Assembly (NCBI GenBank): GCA_963924565.1
Contig: OZ004607.1
Coordinates: forward strand, 35,960,001-36,024,000
Direction: 5' to 3'
Source of the DNA: Ascidiella aspersa
Lineage: Eukaryota
Length of the DNA stretch: 64,000 nucleotides
The notes below the pieces were generated by a model. The model was not told where the DNA came from. It saw nothing but the letters and a program-made list of their open reading frames with translations, and ran no database searches. Below, in pieces: positions 39,621 to 51,908 of the stretch (positions are counted from its first letter, which is position 1; every line of letters starts with the position of its first letter). Position numbers and translations under genes: made by a program.

Positions 39621-41977
39621 AAAAACATGTTTTGTAATTAAGGTCGTCACTTACAATTATTGACTTTTCTATAAAAGATTCCCAGGGCATTTCGTTCCAT
39701 TTTTGCACGACTCAAAAGGTAGACGACCACCTTTTGTAGCGGTCACGTAGATCTATCAAAACGATAAAGGGTAGACCGCGATGACTTTTTACGATCGACG
39801 TCGGCAAACAATCTTTTAACGGGACCAACTCGTATATGGGAATTCGTAGGATGTGAGCCATTCCGAAATACGACAATGCAAAGGCTGGGTCGTACGTCAT
39901 GATGACGTAGAATAGATTTGTGCGATATGTCTGGCACGTAGAATATACGCGGTCATCCTAAAATGATGGAATCGTGTTTTTCGAGTTTTTTCGTCTCTGT
40001 TTTATTTTAAATGCTGCAAGAATTGTTCAGTTTTAAAGCGGTTAAACTTTGACGAAATGACACAAATTTTTGTACGACCGTGCTACACAAAACTCTTCAA
40101 AGTAAAGTGAGATTTAAAATGTCGAATGGTGCCTTGAAGTATAAAGTATAAAGTATTTGTTTCCTTCTTTAAAGTCAATAAAGTTCCAAGTTTTATATTC
40201 GTACCGCGTTCGCCACACAGTCCTCGCAATTATCCGGACCCTGTGTTAAATTTCCGTGATCTGAGCGAAAATCGATGGAATAATGATCGCCAAGGTTCGA
40301 CGAAAACATGTTTTCGACTCGAACGAATTTTTATTTTTTGTCAACACGGACGCACCAGAAGAGCGCCGGTCGTCAAAATTCCCGACGCTGCTGACGCTTG
40401 AACGAAAGAAGAACCGTTTTAAGTAAAGAGGTGACGCCCGCTTTATAATGCCATAGCGCCAACTGGGGTGAGCAAAACGTTTCTTGCATACATCCATCAT
40501 TTGGGAAAACGAAAGTGAACAAGCTGTTCTTAAGCTGTTGGTTTATACCCCCAAATGGACAAATAGACGTTTTTAGGGTGTCACATTGCTATTAATATAT
40601 AGTATTGTCGTTGATCTATTAAAATAAAAATATTTATGCATCTTGTATAAAAAATATTAAATGCAATTTGTGCGACATTTTTGGGATTTATATTGATTGT
40701 AAGACAGTTCTCGGTACTTTTTCATAGAAGGTAGTTAAAATCCACGTGCTTAGTGGGAAAAATTTAAATGCCACTAAACTATAGGCCAAATAACCTGCAA
40801 AGCTCCTGCTGGGGGTTTATATGTTTGTAGGTGCATTGGAGGGACTCTTTTGTGTAAAAAGAATGACCAATACACTCGGTTATCTAAAAAGTTAGACCTT
40901 ACGGCCCACAGCATAGAGTATTAATTGCTCTTTCTGAGTTCTGTCCCCTGCATTTATATCACCAGCGAAAACAACACTTCTTAGAATACAAGGGGAGAAA
41001 AATTACTCGCGCCAGAGGATTCATAAACAGAAGCAGTGGTCGGAGCCTAACATAAGGCCTTACACGGGAAAGAGTCGGCCGGCGAAAGACAGAAGGTTAA
41101 TACAAGCTAAAGTCCGGGCGGGAGACCATGAATGATTGATGACGTTTCGCGTGCTTTCTGCTAATAAAGCGCAACTAAACATTTCGGCCGGCGGTGCTTA
41201 TCCTTTAGACTGTTTGTATTTTGTAGGCATCGTTTGTAGCAGATTTGCCTGAAATCAGAGGCAGGGTATTTGGGGAAAAGTATAAAACACTATGCGATAT
41301 TATGGTCACCGATAAAGCTCTTAAAATGAGTATAGGGCCACTTTGGCTTATAATAAAAAAAATTTTAACCCGCAAGTCGAATTTGAATCGTATTTATGAA
41401 CGCCGATGACACCAAGTCAATTGATTTAGTGAGCATTTATGAATTAAATTCCACAAATATAAGTCAGAACACCACATAACAAAAATCTAAACAAAGGGAC
41501 AAATTTTTTAGGTATTTCACAACACCATCACTAAACTGCCAGGTTTGCTTTTCATCAAGGCACGCCGGAAAATATTTTCCGTACAGATATACGATGGTAT
41601 ATTCGAGACCAATTTACATTTTCCTGTCGCGAAAAGCGTTACAAAATCTCACCGTCTGATCAATCTGCGTTAGATATCACAGCATCCATTCCAAGTTTGG
41701 GTTGGCCGTTGACCTAACCCTTCCAGATGTAGCGAAATTTTACGGCCCCTGTCTGACGGTAATTTCGCGCAATACAGCTGGCAAAACAGCGCCTGGGCTT
41801 ACGTCCCTGCAAAACGGTGCCTGAGTCTCTGGTCTGCGAACGCACGAAGTGGCATCTGCCGTCTGAAAAGGCGAGACGGCCGCCGAGGGTCGCATTAATT
41901 ATTTATTGATGAAGTTTTCCATACGGTCAGATCGTGCAGCCGATTACAAGCCGGAATTTTACCCCGAGTAAAAACAA

Positions 41978-42449
41978 CAGGGACGTACGATACTTGACAT
42001 TTGATTGCGATACCGATGCCACTCTTGTTAAGCAAAATGCAAAGTCCCACACCCTATAACAAAATCTTACGTCGTTAATATAGGACTTAATAATAAAAAC
42101 CGATGAAATTCGCTTTCAAATGAATGTTTTCAGTAAATATGCTGTTGCTGCCAGGCATTGTTTCAATAGGTGGTCGAAACGTTGGTACTTAAATCAAATT
42201 TTCCGGAAGGACAATTTTACAATTGTAATGTTTTTAGGTATTTAAACTATCGTTGTGTTAAAAAGTTACGCGACCTTCAGGGGTTAATGTATTATTTTAA
42301 TGACAAAAAATGGCAGAAATCACGGCTAAAATGCCCTAATAACTTTGATGTCGAATCGCCATCAATACAACTCAATATCGGGCACCGATACTCATTATCG
42401 GGCACCGATAATACCACTTGTCACGAGCCAATACTATCGTACATCAGTG
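41978..42449 (-). mobile_element. MITE, CAGGGATGTCCGAT family, diverged copy
   Basis: CAGGGACGTACGATACTTGACA start parallels 63016; internal TATCGGGCACCGATA twice and ATACCACTTG; end ATCGTACATCAGTG. Confidence 0.65.
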
Positions 42450-42494
42450 GGAAAGAGAACCACGGTTTTCCGCTCGAGTTTCAAGAGTGTAGAC

Positions 42495-42716
42495 CAGGGA
42501 TGTCCAACCTTTTAGCAGAATGGGCCGCATTGCAACTTAAAAATTTCGATGGGCCGCAAAACCTCTCAAATTAAAGAGGTGACGTCATAAGTTACGTCAT
42601 ATCGTTTTACATATTGATGATAGTCGAAAAAAATGTTTTAATAAATGCTACTGAAAATCACAATGAGTGGTGGGCCGCACGTAAACATCAGGCGGGCCGC
42701 AGGTTGGACATCCCTG
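42495..42716. mobile_element. Young hAT (Charlie-like) MITE, 222 bp
   Basis: Perfect 16-bp TIR CAGGGATGTCCAACCT; four GGGCCGC subterminal motifs; perfect TSD GTGTAGAC. Confidence 0.95.
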
Positions 42717-43215
42717 GTGTAGACAATATGGAATTAAAACACGTTTGTTAACGTGTCTGTTTTAGCAGGCACAGAGCCACAGACGCGTAAATTGACCAAT
42801 GTTTGCCACGAGCGCACAAAAACCACCGGTCTGAATTATTAACAAGCCGCGGTCGGGTAAAGTTGGTTGCGGCATTTCGTACGGGGCCTGTTCGTCTAGA
42901 CTCTTTCCGCCGGCGTAATTAACTGCCGCCCGCAAAAAAGACGAAGGAAAACTTCGCCCGGCGCCCATCGCACAATGGAATTCCGGGAAAAATGATAGAT
43001 ATTGGCCAAAGTTCGGGGAAAGGCGAAATGTAGCCGCGGAACAAACTGAACGAAAAGGAAGTTACAGTTTGCCAATAAACGACATGAAATATTATTAAGG
43101 TTGAAAAAACTCGGTTGAACCCAAGGTCACACGTGTGTTGACCTTTTGCAAAGTCTGGAGATTTTATATTTGATGCACGCAAATCCTTGAAAGATTAAAT
43201 GATTTTGGGTTAGTC

Positions 43216-43556
43216 CAAGGGTTGTTGGACTGGGGTCAATGGATTCCTTGGGGGTCCGAGAACTATTTTGGGGGGTCTATGAAGACCAAATTGAAATATT
43301 AGTGAAGTAGTAATTTTTTAAAGAAAATAGTTTAATTAAAAATAAAACGTTTTAACACTGAATGTATTTAGACTCCATTTTACTTACATCATCAGAATAT
43401 TTCTGAAAGTCTATTTGTATTGTGACGTAAATTTATTAAAAATAATATATTTCAAGTCTATTTGATTGTGACGTCAATTTATGATGTCATTTTTAAATAT
43501 ATTTCCCTCCGTGGTCTATGCGAAGTCAAACAAATTTTTAGGGGTTCGAATATACC
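43216..43556. mobile_element. Old hAT-type MITE
   Basis: GGGGTC subterminal repeats at both ends; homologous to 29308-29482. Confidence 0.7.
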
Positions 43557-45620
43557 AAGATAATTAATTTTTACCACGTGAGCTGATCGAGCTATGGTCA
43601 CAGACATACGCACAGCCTTGAATTTAATAGAGCACGTTTTACATTTCATTTCCTGGTTTACAATTACAGCGCTGAAAGCTAAGGCGAACTTGAATATTTG
43701 TGCTATAAATTTAAAAAGGTTTTCAACAGAATATTAATATAATCTTTTCAGTGGCAGATCCATACGACGGCAGCATTCGTTTAAGGAAACGGACAAACGA
43801 ACACAGCTTGTTTCTTTTACGATTTTCTGTAATATACAAAAATCTTGTCTATCGCGCAAATACTCTTATATATTGATTAATAAGCAATAATTCCCCTTTT
43901 CAAACCATGTCGCCATCAAAACGAAAAATAGAAATAACTTTAAATTACACGTCATTAAAGTAAAAATATATATATATTTAGAAACAATATTTCATTCTGT
44001 TTTGTTTGAGAGCGATCGCTGATTATTTGAAGATAAAATTAGGGGTTTAGGGGGTGATACGAGGGGATGTACATCGAAGTCGAGTTGGGTCCGGGCAAAA
44101 ATCAAGATAAAACGCCAAAATGAACATACGCCAAAAATCTCACGTCTACCTATCGTATGCGTGCCAGAAGGTTTTTTGACACATATAGATTCCCCACTAA
44201 CAAATAATTCAGTGATGTGCCCTGTTAACAAACACAGTGGGTTTTACACAATTTATCAGTATTACGACCAGTACGAGATAAAGTGAACAAGCAAAGGCTA
44301 TTTAGGTTTCTCAGCGCGAAGTAGTTACAAGCCACACACGGAGACCAAATAAACGGTGATGTCATTTAAATGGCACGTCAATCAAAAGCAACGCCACTTT
44401 ATTTTCGTCTCTTTATAAAAGGGCACTTGTCTAGGAGTGCTTGTTAAAATTAAAACTTGTTGTTCCAGATAAAATCTAACTGGATTGTTAGATCTTGTCG
44501 AAATGAAAGATCAATGTATTTTAGTTAAACTCAACTAACAAATACAATATTTTTTGCAAAGAAACCTTTCAAAAGCATGACAACCCGTGATCAAGGTTTT
44601 GGTAAAACTTTGAACCTTTAAAAAAATCGGCACTAATATCATAAGCCTGTCTAAACAAAACCATGAAAATGAAAAAAAAATACAGTAGACGATTTATTTT
44701 TTCCTGGACACGTTGAAGTGTTGCTTAAATCTTAAATGCGACAAACACAATCGAGAATCTTTATGTCCATTCTAGGGAGTGATACGAGCTTTTACCGTTG
44801 TAGCAACAGTCACTAAAACAACACATCATGTTTGGTGAGAAACAAATCAATGCTCAGACACTAAAAATGAATCGGCTGCATGGCGTCCTCATTTAGTTAT
44901 ACTGTTTATTACATATTTTAACCCCAAATAGTTGAAGATACAGTTTGTTAATTATGTTGACTGCTCGCTAGCTATAGTTTTAGTTCAGTTCCATGCTGCT
45001 CAAATTTGTTTTGACTGTTTCGTCATCAGTGACGTAAACAAAATCAAACCTACACCCTCCAGTGTACGCATTTTAAAGGCATTTTGAGAGTTGTTTTCAA
45101 AGTACAGGCCACTGTGACTCACTGCGGCTGTTTCAAATTCTGGGAACTGAAACACAAGACAGTTGTTGTGCAAGGGAGTTTTTATTGTTTTAACGCGTTA
45201 ATCCAATAGTTAGGCTTGTACAAGTAACAGGACTATTTCAACTAGAACCGAAACGATGAATCATTTGATTAAGCAAAATACGCAATTTTCGCGCTGTCAA
45301 TCACAATTAGGGTCAACGCTCCTTTAAACGCGTGGACGTGACAGAAAACATGGCTTCCTCGCTCTATTAACATTGGGTTGCAGCCAAAATCGGGTGGATT
45401 TCAATTCTTGCGCAGTCTTGGATCGATGGAAAACTATGGTAGACCTTTGGAATACAAGATGGACAGAACGACAACAGTGCGAACGAGCAGATAGAAAAAA
45501 ACGGTATTTCTTACTTGGTTTGTCCAATTTTGGCGTTTTACTATTATAGTCCCGTCTTTTTTCACATAAGCGACATGATGTTTTTCTTGTGATAGCTGGC
45601 ATACAGTCCAGTTCGGTATT

Positions 45621-45723
45621 ATTCAACTAGAAGAAGGCGACTTGTATAGGTCGCCGAAACGATGAATTACAAATCTGGTTACCAGGAACTATTTTGGATT
45701 AATATTATGCCTGGTAGAAACAG
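45621..45723 (+). mobile_element. Family A hammerhead element, core damaged
   Basis: ATTCAAC TAGAAGA A GGCGAC-TTGTATAG-GTCGCC GAAA CG A TGAAT. A deletion derivative (TTCAACTAGAA-CCGAAACGATGAAT) lies at 45237-45261. Tail TATGCCTGGTAGAAACAG is shared with 47518. Confidence 0.7.
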
Positions 45724-46580
45724 TTTATGTAATACAGCCTGTTTAATAAGTATCTTAACCGCAAAGGCGAGTTTAAACCCAAGAAAATAAAGGCAAAGGT
45801 TTCTTTATCAAACTTGATGTATTGTGGTTGAAATAAAAAGAAAATAAGCGGAAAAAGGAATGATTCGGAAGTAAGGTTGTGCTCCGTATATTGCGTTAAC
45901 AACACACAGCTCACAGGCGCCACATAACGGTTGAAATATTCAAGAAAGATCGTCCACTTTTTTTGTAATGGTGTGTGCAATGTGCATGCTTTGGGAAATA
46001 AAGCCTTGACAAGCATACCAATGTTTTGTACGCGTTCATAGAATCATGGAAACCTTCCAAAAATATATGTTTACAAACAAAAACATGCCACTTCACATTA
46101 AGATACTATACCTTTGTTTAGTTAGTGTGATGTCAGTTATAAATGAGTGTTTAAATAGCCTACATCACTGAATGAATAGACTATATATGTAGTACTGCCT
46201 CATTTATATGCAACAGTTGTTTCAAACCTTTTTTGTACTAGTCCTTTGGCTCGACAGATTCTTTAAATGACCCCATGTTAAAACAAAAGAGTTTAGATAA
46301 ATTCAGCGAATTTATGTAAAGGGCGTAACATATTTCGCCAATAAAAATAAAATAAAAGTTAGTTTAATTAGGTAAACATTTTAACTTTGGCGCAAAAACA
46401 CATCTTGTGTTGCCGCTTTATGTGCTTTGATTTAGTACAGAGACAACCTTATATCGCAACATATAGTCTTTAAAAAGGCAACCAGAAAAGCAACTTCTAT
46501 GTATATAGCCAAAGAAGTGTTGGTTGTACTTTATATCACACTAAAAAGCGGAAAGAGCCTCGAGATTATTTCCAATAGGG

Positions 46581-46902
46581 CAGTGGTTCTTAACCTTTGG
46601 TAACCTGTCGAACCCCTATGTTATTCTGCAAGCTTTCGTCGAACCCCAAATTTTTGCACAGTATTCATTTCTTCCTCCTAGCAGCTGAAACTCGGCATAA
46701 TCAAATTACAAACTTGCATTTATATAGGATAAATTGGCCAAACCTTCAATCTATAACGTTACGTGACACCTTGGCACATAAAAGAGATTCGAATTTAGCT
46801 TAAAATAACAGCATTTATATTTCAGAGGACATTCTCGTTGAACCCTTGAAAGAGCTGCGTCGAACCCCAAGGGTTCGATCGAACCCTGGTTAACAACCAC
46901 TG
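46581..46902. mobile_element. hAT-type MITE
   Basis: TIR CAGTGGTTCTTAACC / GGTTAACAACCACTG; TCGAACCC repeats; perfect TSD CAATAGGG. Confidence 0.95.
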
Positions 46903-47390
46903 CAATAGGGCAACCAGAAAAAGCAAGTTTGATACAAATCATAAGTTGATGGTACCTTATGCCTGATAAACAAGCGTGATGAAACTTGAGATTATTTTCA
47001 ACAAGGCCTTCCGGTTTTCGAAGTATGTAGCGAAATCTCGCTCGAAATAATTTGTAGTAAACTTGACGACGAACAGAGAAGCGCTTAGTTCTCCCCAAAA
47101 GCAAAACGGTCGCCCTCAAATACTTCGGTTGCAGATCCGATCGTTTGGCGAAAAAACAGGCGCCTGGACGCTTTTTACGACACAGCCACGCGGCGGAAAC
47201 GAGCAAAACCGCAAACAGACCTGAAAAAATCACCAATGGGGGGGGGTCTAAAGCCAACAACGCAGCACAAAATCACCCTTATATCTCAACAGCCCTGACC
47301 ATGTGTTTTAGGTCGCTGCTAGTTGTAAGTATATGGTTTGTAATGTTGGACGCGCGAGACAACCTTTTCAGGTCTGTGGATCTACCCTTC

Positions 47391-47535
47391 TATTTGCTGA
47401 AAATAAGTTTTTCGGGTATATATTTGTTTGTCAAACGTTTCGGCTAGCTATCCAGAAATATATCCGAAACGTTGCACAAACAAATAAATAACAGGAAAGT
47501 TCATTTTAAGCATATACTATGCCTGGTAGAAACAG
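47391..47535. mobile_element. Palindromic family-A-related element with the central ribozyme core deleted
   Basis: TATTTGTTTGTCAAACGTTTCGG ... CCGAAACGTTGCACAAACAAATA inverted arms; family A tail. Confidence 0.65.
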
Positions 47536-47820
47536 CATATTTATTGACTAGCCTTCTATTGTTACGTCATACACGTGAAAGCTGGAAATTTCCGCGTTTG
47601 CTGTTGATATCACGTTAACTAGCAACAAGTATTGCGAATTTTGAATTAAAATTTGTCGAAAAGCAAAATTTACCCAAAAGTAACAATACTCCACTCCCGA
47701 TCAACCTTCTATGCCGTCATATACACGCGTAATCACAAATACTATAGTTACGTCATAGAAGGCGGTTTGTTGCAACGATGGCGATCAAAAAAGAGGAAGA
47801 ACTCGATGAAATATATTACA

Positions 47821-47997
47821 TATGAAAGGGTGTATCTTTATGGAATCCAAAACCATTGGCAGCAGGTTTTTACTTGTCGATCACCGTTCCGCTGACGCGT
47901 ATATTAACAAATAAAACTTAAAGAGAAAACCCGGATCTAACAAAATATCTTATCCTTGTTTAATCAGGATTTTAAACTTTGAGTTTTATTTGTTTAA
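47821..47997 (+). repeat. Dispersed repeat of about 100 bp with terminal inverted arm; second copy at 60541-60660
   Basis: TTTATGGAATCC..AACCATTGGCAGCAGGTTT..CTTGTCGATCAC.GTTCCGCTGACGCG.ATATTAACAA in both copies; 47904-47997 folds back. Confidence 0.8.
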
Positions 47998-48892
47998 CTA
48001 GATAAAATGTCGGGTTGAGTTTTGCCAAAACAAGAAAAAACTTAACCTGCTGGAAACCGCAGAAGCCAGCTATCGCAATTCGACAACCGACGTCCGGCGG
48101 CCCACCTAGAAAGAGGGAGGGGGCAATTAATTACGGCCGCTGGCGTCCGACACAAGCTCCCGCTTGTCTTGGCCAGATAAAGCTCTTTCCTGTCGATTAG
48201 ATAGCGGTTGGGAAGGGAGCTGTAAACCACACGCGCTGACTGCGTGGAAAAAAGTTTTGCGGGGAGTTTGCATCTTGATCGAAACTTGAGCTTCTCCGAA
48301 CCAATTTAGCCCCGTTTTAAGTGCGTGGTCGAATTAGCGTTTTGAGAGACAAAATAAAATACATTTGCAAGATAATGCAATCTCGTCGGAATATAGACCG
48401 CAACTAGTGAGCCCCAGACCGTATAGGTTCCAAAGCCCATTGTGCCAATCAAGGATGTTGTACTAACTTGCATGTAAAAAAATAACCGAAGCTGACACTT
48501 GAAACAAAAAAAACAAAAAACTTCGATAAAGTTTTACTGTTCGAGAGCGACACCTCGCGGATTGGCGAAAATTGGCGAAAATTTAGTCCACAACAATTGG
48601 CGTTGCTTTATTTGCAAAGATAGGTGACCGCAGATTTATGACACAACTTTGATATTGAGCAATTTAAAAAGTAATTTAAGATTTCTCAACGGACTCTAGC
48701 GTTGTAACTTAGGACAAAGCAAAGGGACATGAGCACACTTTGAAGCATAAAACCTATAGCAGTTTAAGTTCGACGTAATAATTACAAATCCCATACAGAT
48801 GTTAAAGAGTGCTCCTCGTATGCGCTTTCACACACGAGGTAAAAATAAAAAAACTAATCGTTCATGAATGTACTTTTTCCATGACCTTAACG

Positions 48893-49172
48893 CAAGGGTT
48901 GAGATTGTTTTTTCACAGGGGGTCGCATAAGGTACAAAAATGTCTAGGAGGGTCGGGTCAAAAAGGAACTGAAATGCACACAATTTAAAGAGTGATTCCT
49001 TTTTAGAAAAAAATGAAAATATCCCCGCGTTGACAAGCTGACAGGAGTATGGAATAGATGCACATGCCTTACAAGTGTTATAACATAATGTAAAGTCAAG
49101 ATTAAAGTTTTATTGAAAGTGAGCAGTGGGCCAGATTAAATAGCTTGGCGGGCCATAGTTTGCCCAGGTCTG
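48893..49172. mobile_element. Old hAT-type MITE
   Basis: Degenerate ends; subterminal GGGYCG/GGGCCA motifs; right end AGTTTGCCCAGGTCTG; TSD eroded. Confidence 0.55.
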
Positions 49173-49969
49173 CCCAAACAAAATCTTTGGCACACAAACG
49201 GCTTAATTTTCCCCGAAGACCCCAAAAATTCTTGGCATAGCACAAGAACCGAGGCGTCCGCGCGCCCGAAAAGCACTTCCACTCAAGTTTGCGCAAAAGT
49301 CAAGGCGCTCTGGGTGCGTTTAAAGGTCAAATTCAATTCGCAAACAGCTTTTAGGGCGGCGACAGAATACGACCCGAGTACTGAAACCGCAAAACACGGC
49401 TTTAAACTTTGCTCAGCGCCCGCGCGAGAGTTTGCACTTGGCGGGCAAAAAGGCTCGTGAAGCTTTATGGCCAGACGGCCAGGGGACGTTGCTATGGCTG
49501 TAGCTACAAGGGCTGGTGGTCTGCAGACCTAACCGGGGCCAAATAACTCTCGCCCCAAAGGCAATCATCTCAGACAAACAGCCGAGGTTGTTTTCGGGCG
49601 TAAGTATTCGCTTTTAAGAGGCTGTATATGATCGAGGCCAGGTTCCGGCGTTTAACGACTTAGCAGGAATTCCGGCGCAGGGTTGACCGAGAAAAACAGG
49701 CCGCTTTAAACCTTCCTGGTGAAAGGCGAACTCGAGTCGGAATGAAACGACCGTTGTTTGCCTGAAGGATTTGGTATACTTTACTACTGCTCGTATCCGC
49801 TCCGATAGAAGCAAGCTTTGCGCTTTGCAAGAAAACACGTGTGCTGAACACAAACATGTACTTTTATGTAAGATCTTGTTTAAATTATATCTGTAGATTA
49901 AATTTGATCGCAGTTGTACTCAACGCATTTGTAATCTGTATTACCCCGTTCAATCGTTTATTGAATCAT

Positions 49970-50152
49970 GTTTGTAATACGTTATAAGAATATCAAAGCT
50001 CATACAAAAGTATGCATCATTTTGAACGTTTCGAATAACTCTTTATTCATTTTCAACATCAAAGAGTTATTCGAAACGTTCAAAGCGATACTTATACTTC
50101 TGTATGGGCTTAGATATTCTTATTACGTCTTACTACAACCTCCAACCATTAT
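49970..50152. mobile_element. Palindromic element with decayed hammerhead motif (family E), copy 1
   Basis: Long inverted arms; minus strand TTGAAAA T GAATAA-AGAG-TTATTC GAAA CG TT (core two changes from CTGAAGA, perfect 6-bp stem II). Confidence 0.7.
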
Positions 50153-50552
50153 TCTCCGATGTTTGTGATATTTTACAAAAAGTCATACAATAGACTCAAG
50201 AGAAGCCGTACCTAATTTTCTTGTGTCTTAACAATGCGGTTAAATATTTAAAATAGAACACAAGCGTTTCTTGTTCTGATATAGTCAGCTTGTGGACAAG
50301 TCCGTTTCCTCTCCAGTTTTTTTTCGAAAATATCAGCTGACCGTACAGCATAATCGGTTTTCAGTATACTGAAATTTTCAGTAAACTGTGTTGAAGTCCA
50401 CATTCAACACTTCAAAATCCGCACGGACCCCTGTTTGTCAGTTAAGTAGCCCTATTGTAAATCCCCCGAAACAGTCCGTACCACAGGTACATTTACAGGC
50501 CATCTCCCGTTTCCAATGAGCATGGCTTCTCATACCAGGCCCTAGTTAATAT

Positions 50553-50710
50553 TAAGAGTCGTAAAAAGAATACCAAAGCTCATACAGAAGTAGGTATCAT
50601 TTTGAACGTTTCGAATAACTCTTTGTTCATTTTCAACATAGAGAGAAGGCTTTCTTCTGTATGGGCTTTGATATTTTTATTACGTCTTACAACAACCTCA
50701 AACCATTATG
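50553..50710. mobile_element. Family E palindromic element, copy 2
   Basis: Direct repeat of 49970-50152 with a different central deletion. Confidence 0.75.
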
Positions 50711-50939
50711 CTACAACATTGAGAGTCTTCGGACAAAATACAGCAATAGGAAGGAGAGCTAGCAGAGTTAGTTAGGGTCTAGGTCCTAGGACTTACAACG
50801 CACTGTCCGTTGACGCACATCTCCCTCCCTCTTCTCCTTCCATTTTCTCCTCTCCTCCCACTCCCGCACGAGGAGCCGTCGGTGAGGCGTGACGACTGTC
50901 GGACGAAGAAGCGGTGGCCTCTGGCGCGGCAGTGCAGCT

Positions 50940-51250
50940 GACACGGTCCGCCTGGAAAAGCAGGGGAGGTTGTACGTGATAAAAGGGGAAATGCACGTGG
51001 TGATTGAGAATTAACACTAAACGGTTGGTTGTTACGTTAACAGGGGAATATCCACTGGGCGTAGTTTTTATGCTGTAAAGCAGGGGTGGGAATTACTTTT
51101 GGAAGAGGGACACGGTCCGTCTGGAAAGGCAGGGGATGTTGTACGTGATAAAGTGAGAAATGCAAGAGGTGGTTGCTCATTTACACTAAAGAGTCGGTTG
51201 CGGCTTTAGCAGGAGATTATTCGTGAATGGTGTCTTTGTACACCGAAAGC
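50940..51250. repeat. Tandem repeat, period 169 bp, about 1.8 copies
   Basis: GACACGGTCCGYCTGGAAARGCAGGGGA.GTTGTACGTGATAAA at 50940 and 51109. Confidence 0.85.
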
Positions 51251-51309
51251 CATTGCAGACACCGAATCTGTCGATCAATAATGTAAGCATGACAGGCTAG
51301 AAAAACAAT

Positions 51310-51384
51310 AGCCTTCAGTGAGGTTCGAACTCACGACCTCCGGTCATACCTAGACCGTCGCTCTACCAACTGAGCTGCACAGAC
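51310..51384 (-). pseudogene. tRNA-Thr-like sequence (pseudogene, SINE head or tRNA-like ncRNA)
   Basis: GTCTGTG CA GCTC-AGTTGGTA-GAGC G ACGGT-CTAGGTATG-ACCGG AGGTC GTGAG-TTCGAAC-CTCAC TGAAGGC T. Perfect D and T arms and recognisable A and B boxes; 9-nt anticodon loop, C at position 8, weak acceptor stem; TTTTT follows within 5 nt. Confidence 0.8.
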
Positions 51385-51462
51385 TCAGAGAGGAGCGAGT
51401 CGAGAAACAACCATATGACAATGCTTGCTATATTCCGTTGGTACAGGCAACTTCGCATTGAA

Positions 51463-51595
51463 GGGGAATAACGATATCTACAGCAACGATGTTATTATTC
51501 AATGAAACAAGCACACACATGTGTGTGTTTAACAACTGTGATCTAACCCACATATGTGTGTGCATGTTTCATTGGTCTCTTTATATTCGTTATCC
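51463..51595. repeat. Inverted repeat / hairpin
   Basis: AATGAAACAAGCACACACATGTGTG (51501) pairs with CACATATGTGTGTGCATGTTTCATT (ends 51573); weaker outer arms. Confidence 0.75.
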
Positions 51596-51908
51596 AGGAT
51601 TCAGTTTACTTTAAGTGGTAAATATTGCAAGTTGCAGAGGTCGGAAGTCGAACTAAATTTCTAATCGTTATTTACAAGGGTGGCTGATTAACGAAAATCG
51701 AGCCCTATAGGCGCCTAGGGCAGTGTAAATGGACAAAAACCTAATAATTTGAAAACCCACGATAGATCTGAGTTTTGAACATCGTCCCAATACCTTCTTT
51801 CTTGTTCACATCTCAAAATCAACCTATCCATAGTGGAAAACGCTATACCCGCAACGAATCCGACACGATTCTGCTGTGTAATCATTTATGAAGTAAGATT
51901 GTAATCAT

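Noticed and set aside
42170-42574. 134-aa ORF
   Set aside because: Spans the junction of two unrelated MITEs; chance open frame.
50160-50550. Penelope GIY-YIG coding remnant
   Set aside because: Only two short suggestive peptides with stops and frameshifts; cannot be supported without a homology search.
51310-51384. Functional tRNA gene call
   Set aside because: 9-nt anticodon loop, C8 and a poor acceptor stem are incompatible with a canonical tRNA; kept only as tRNA-like.
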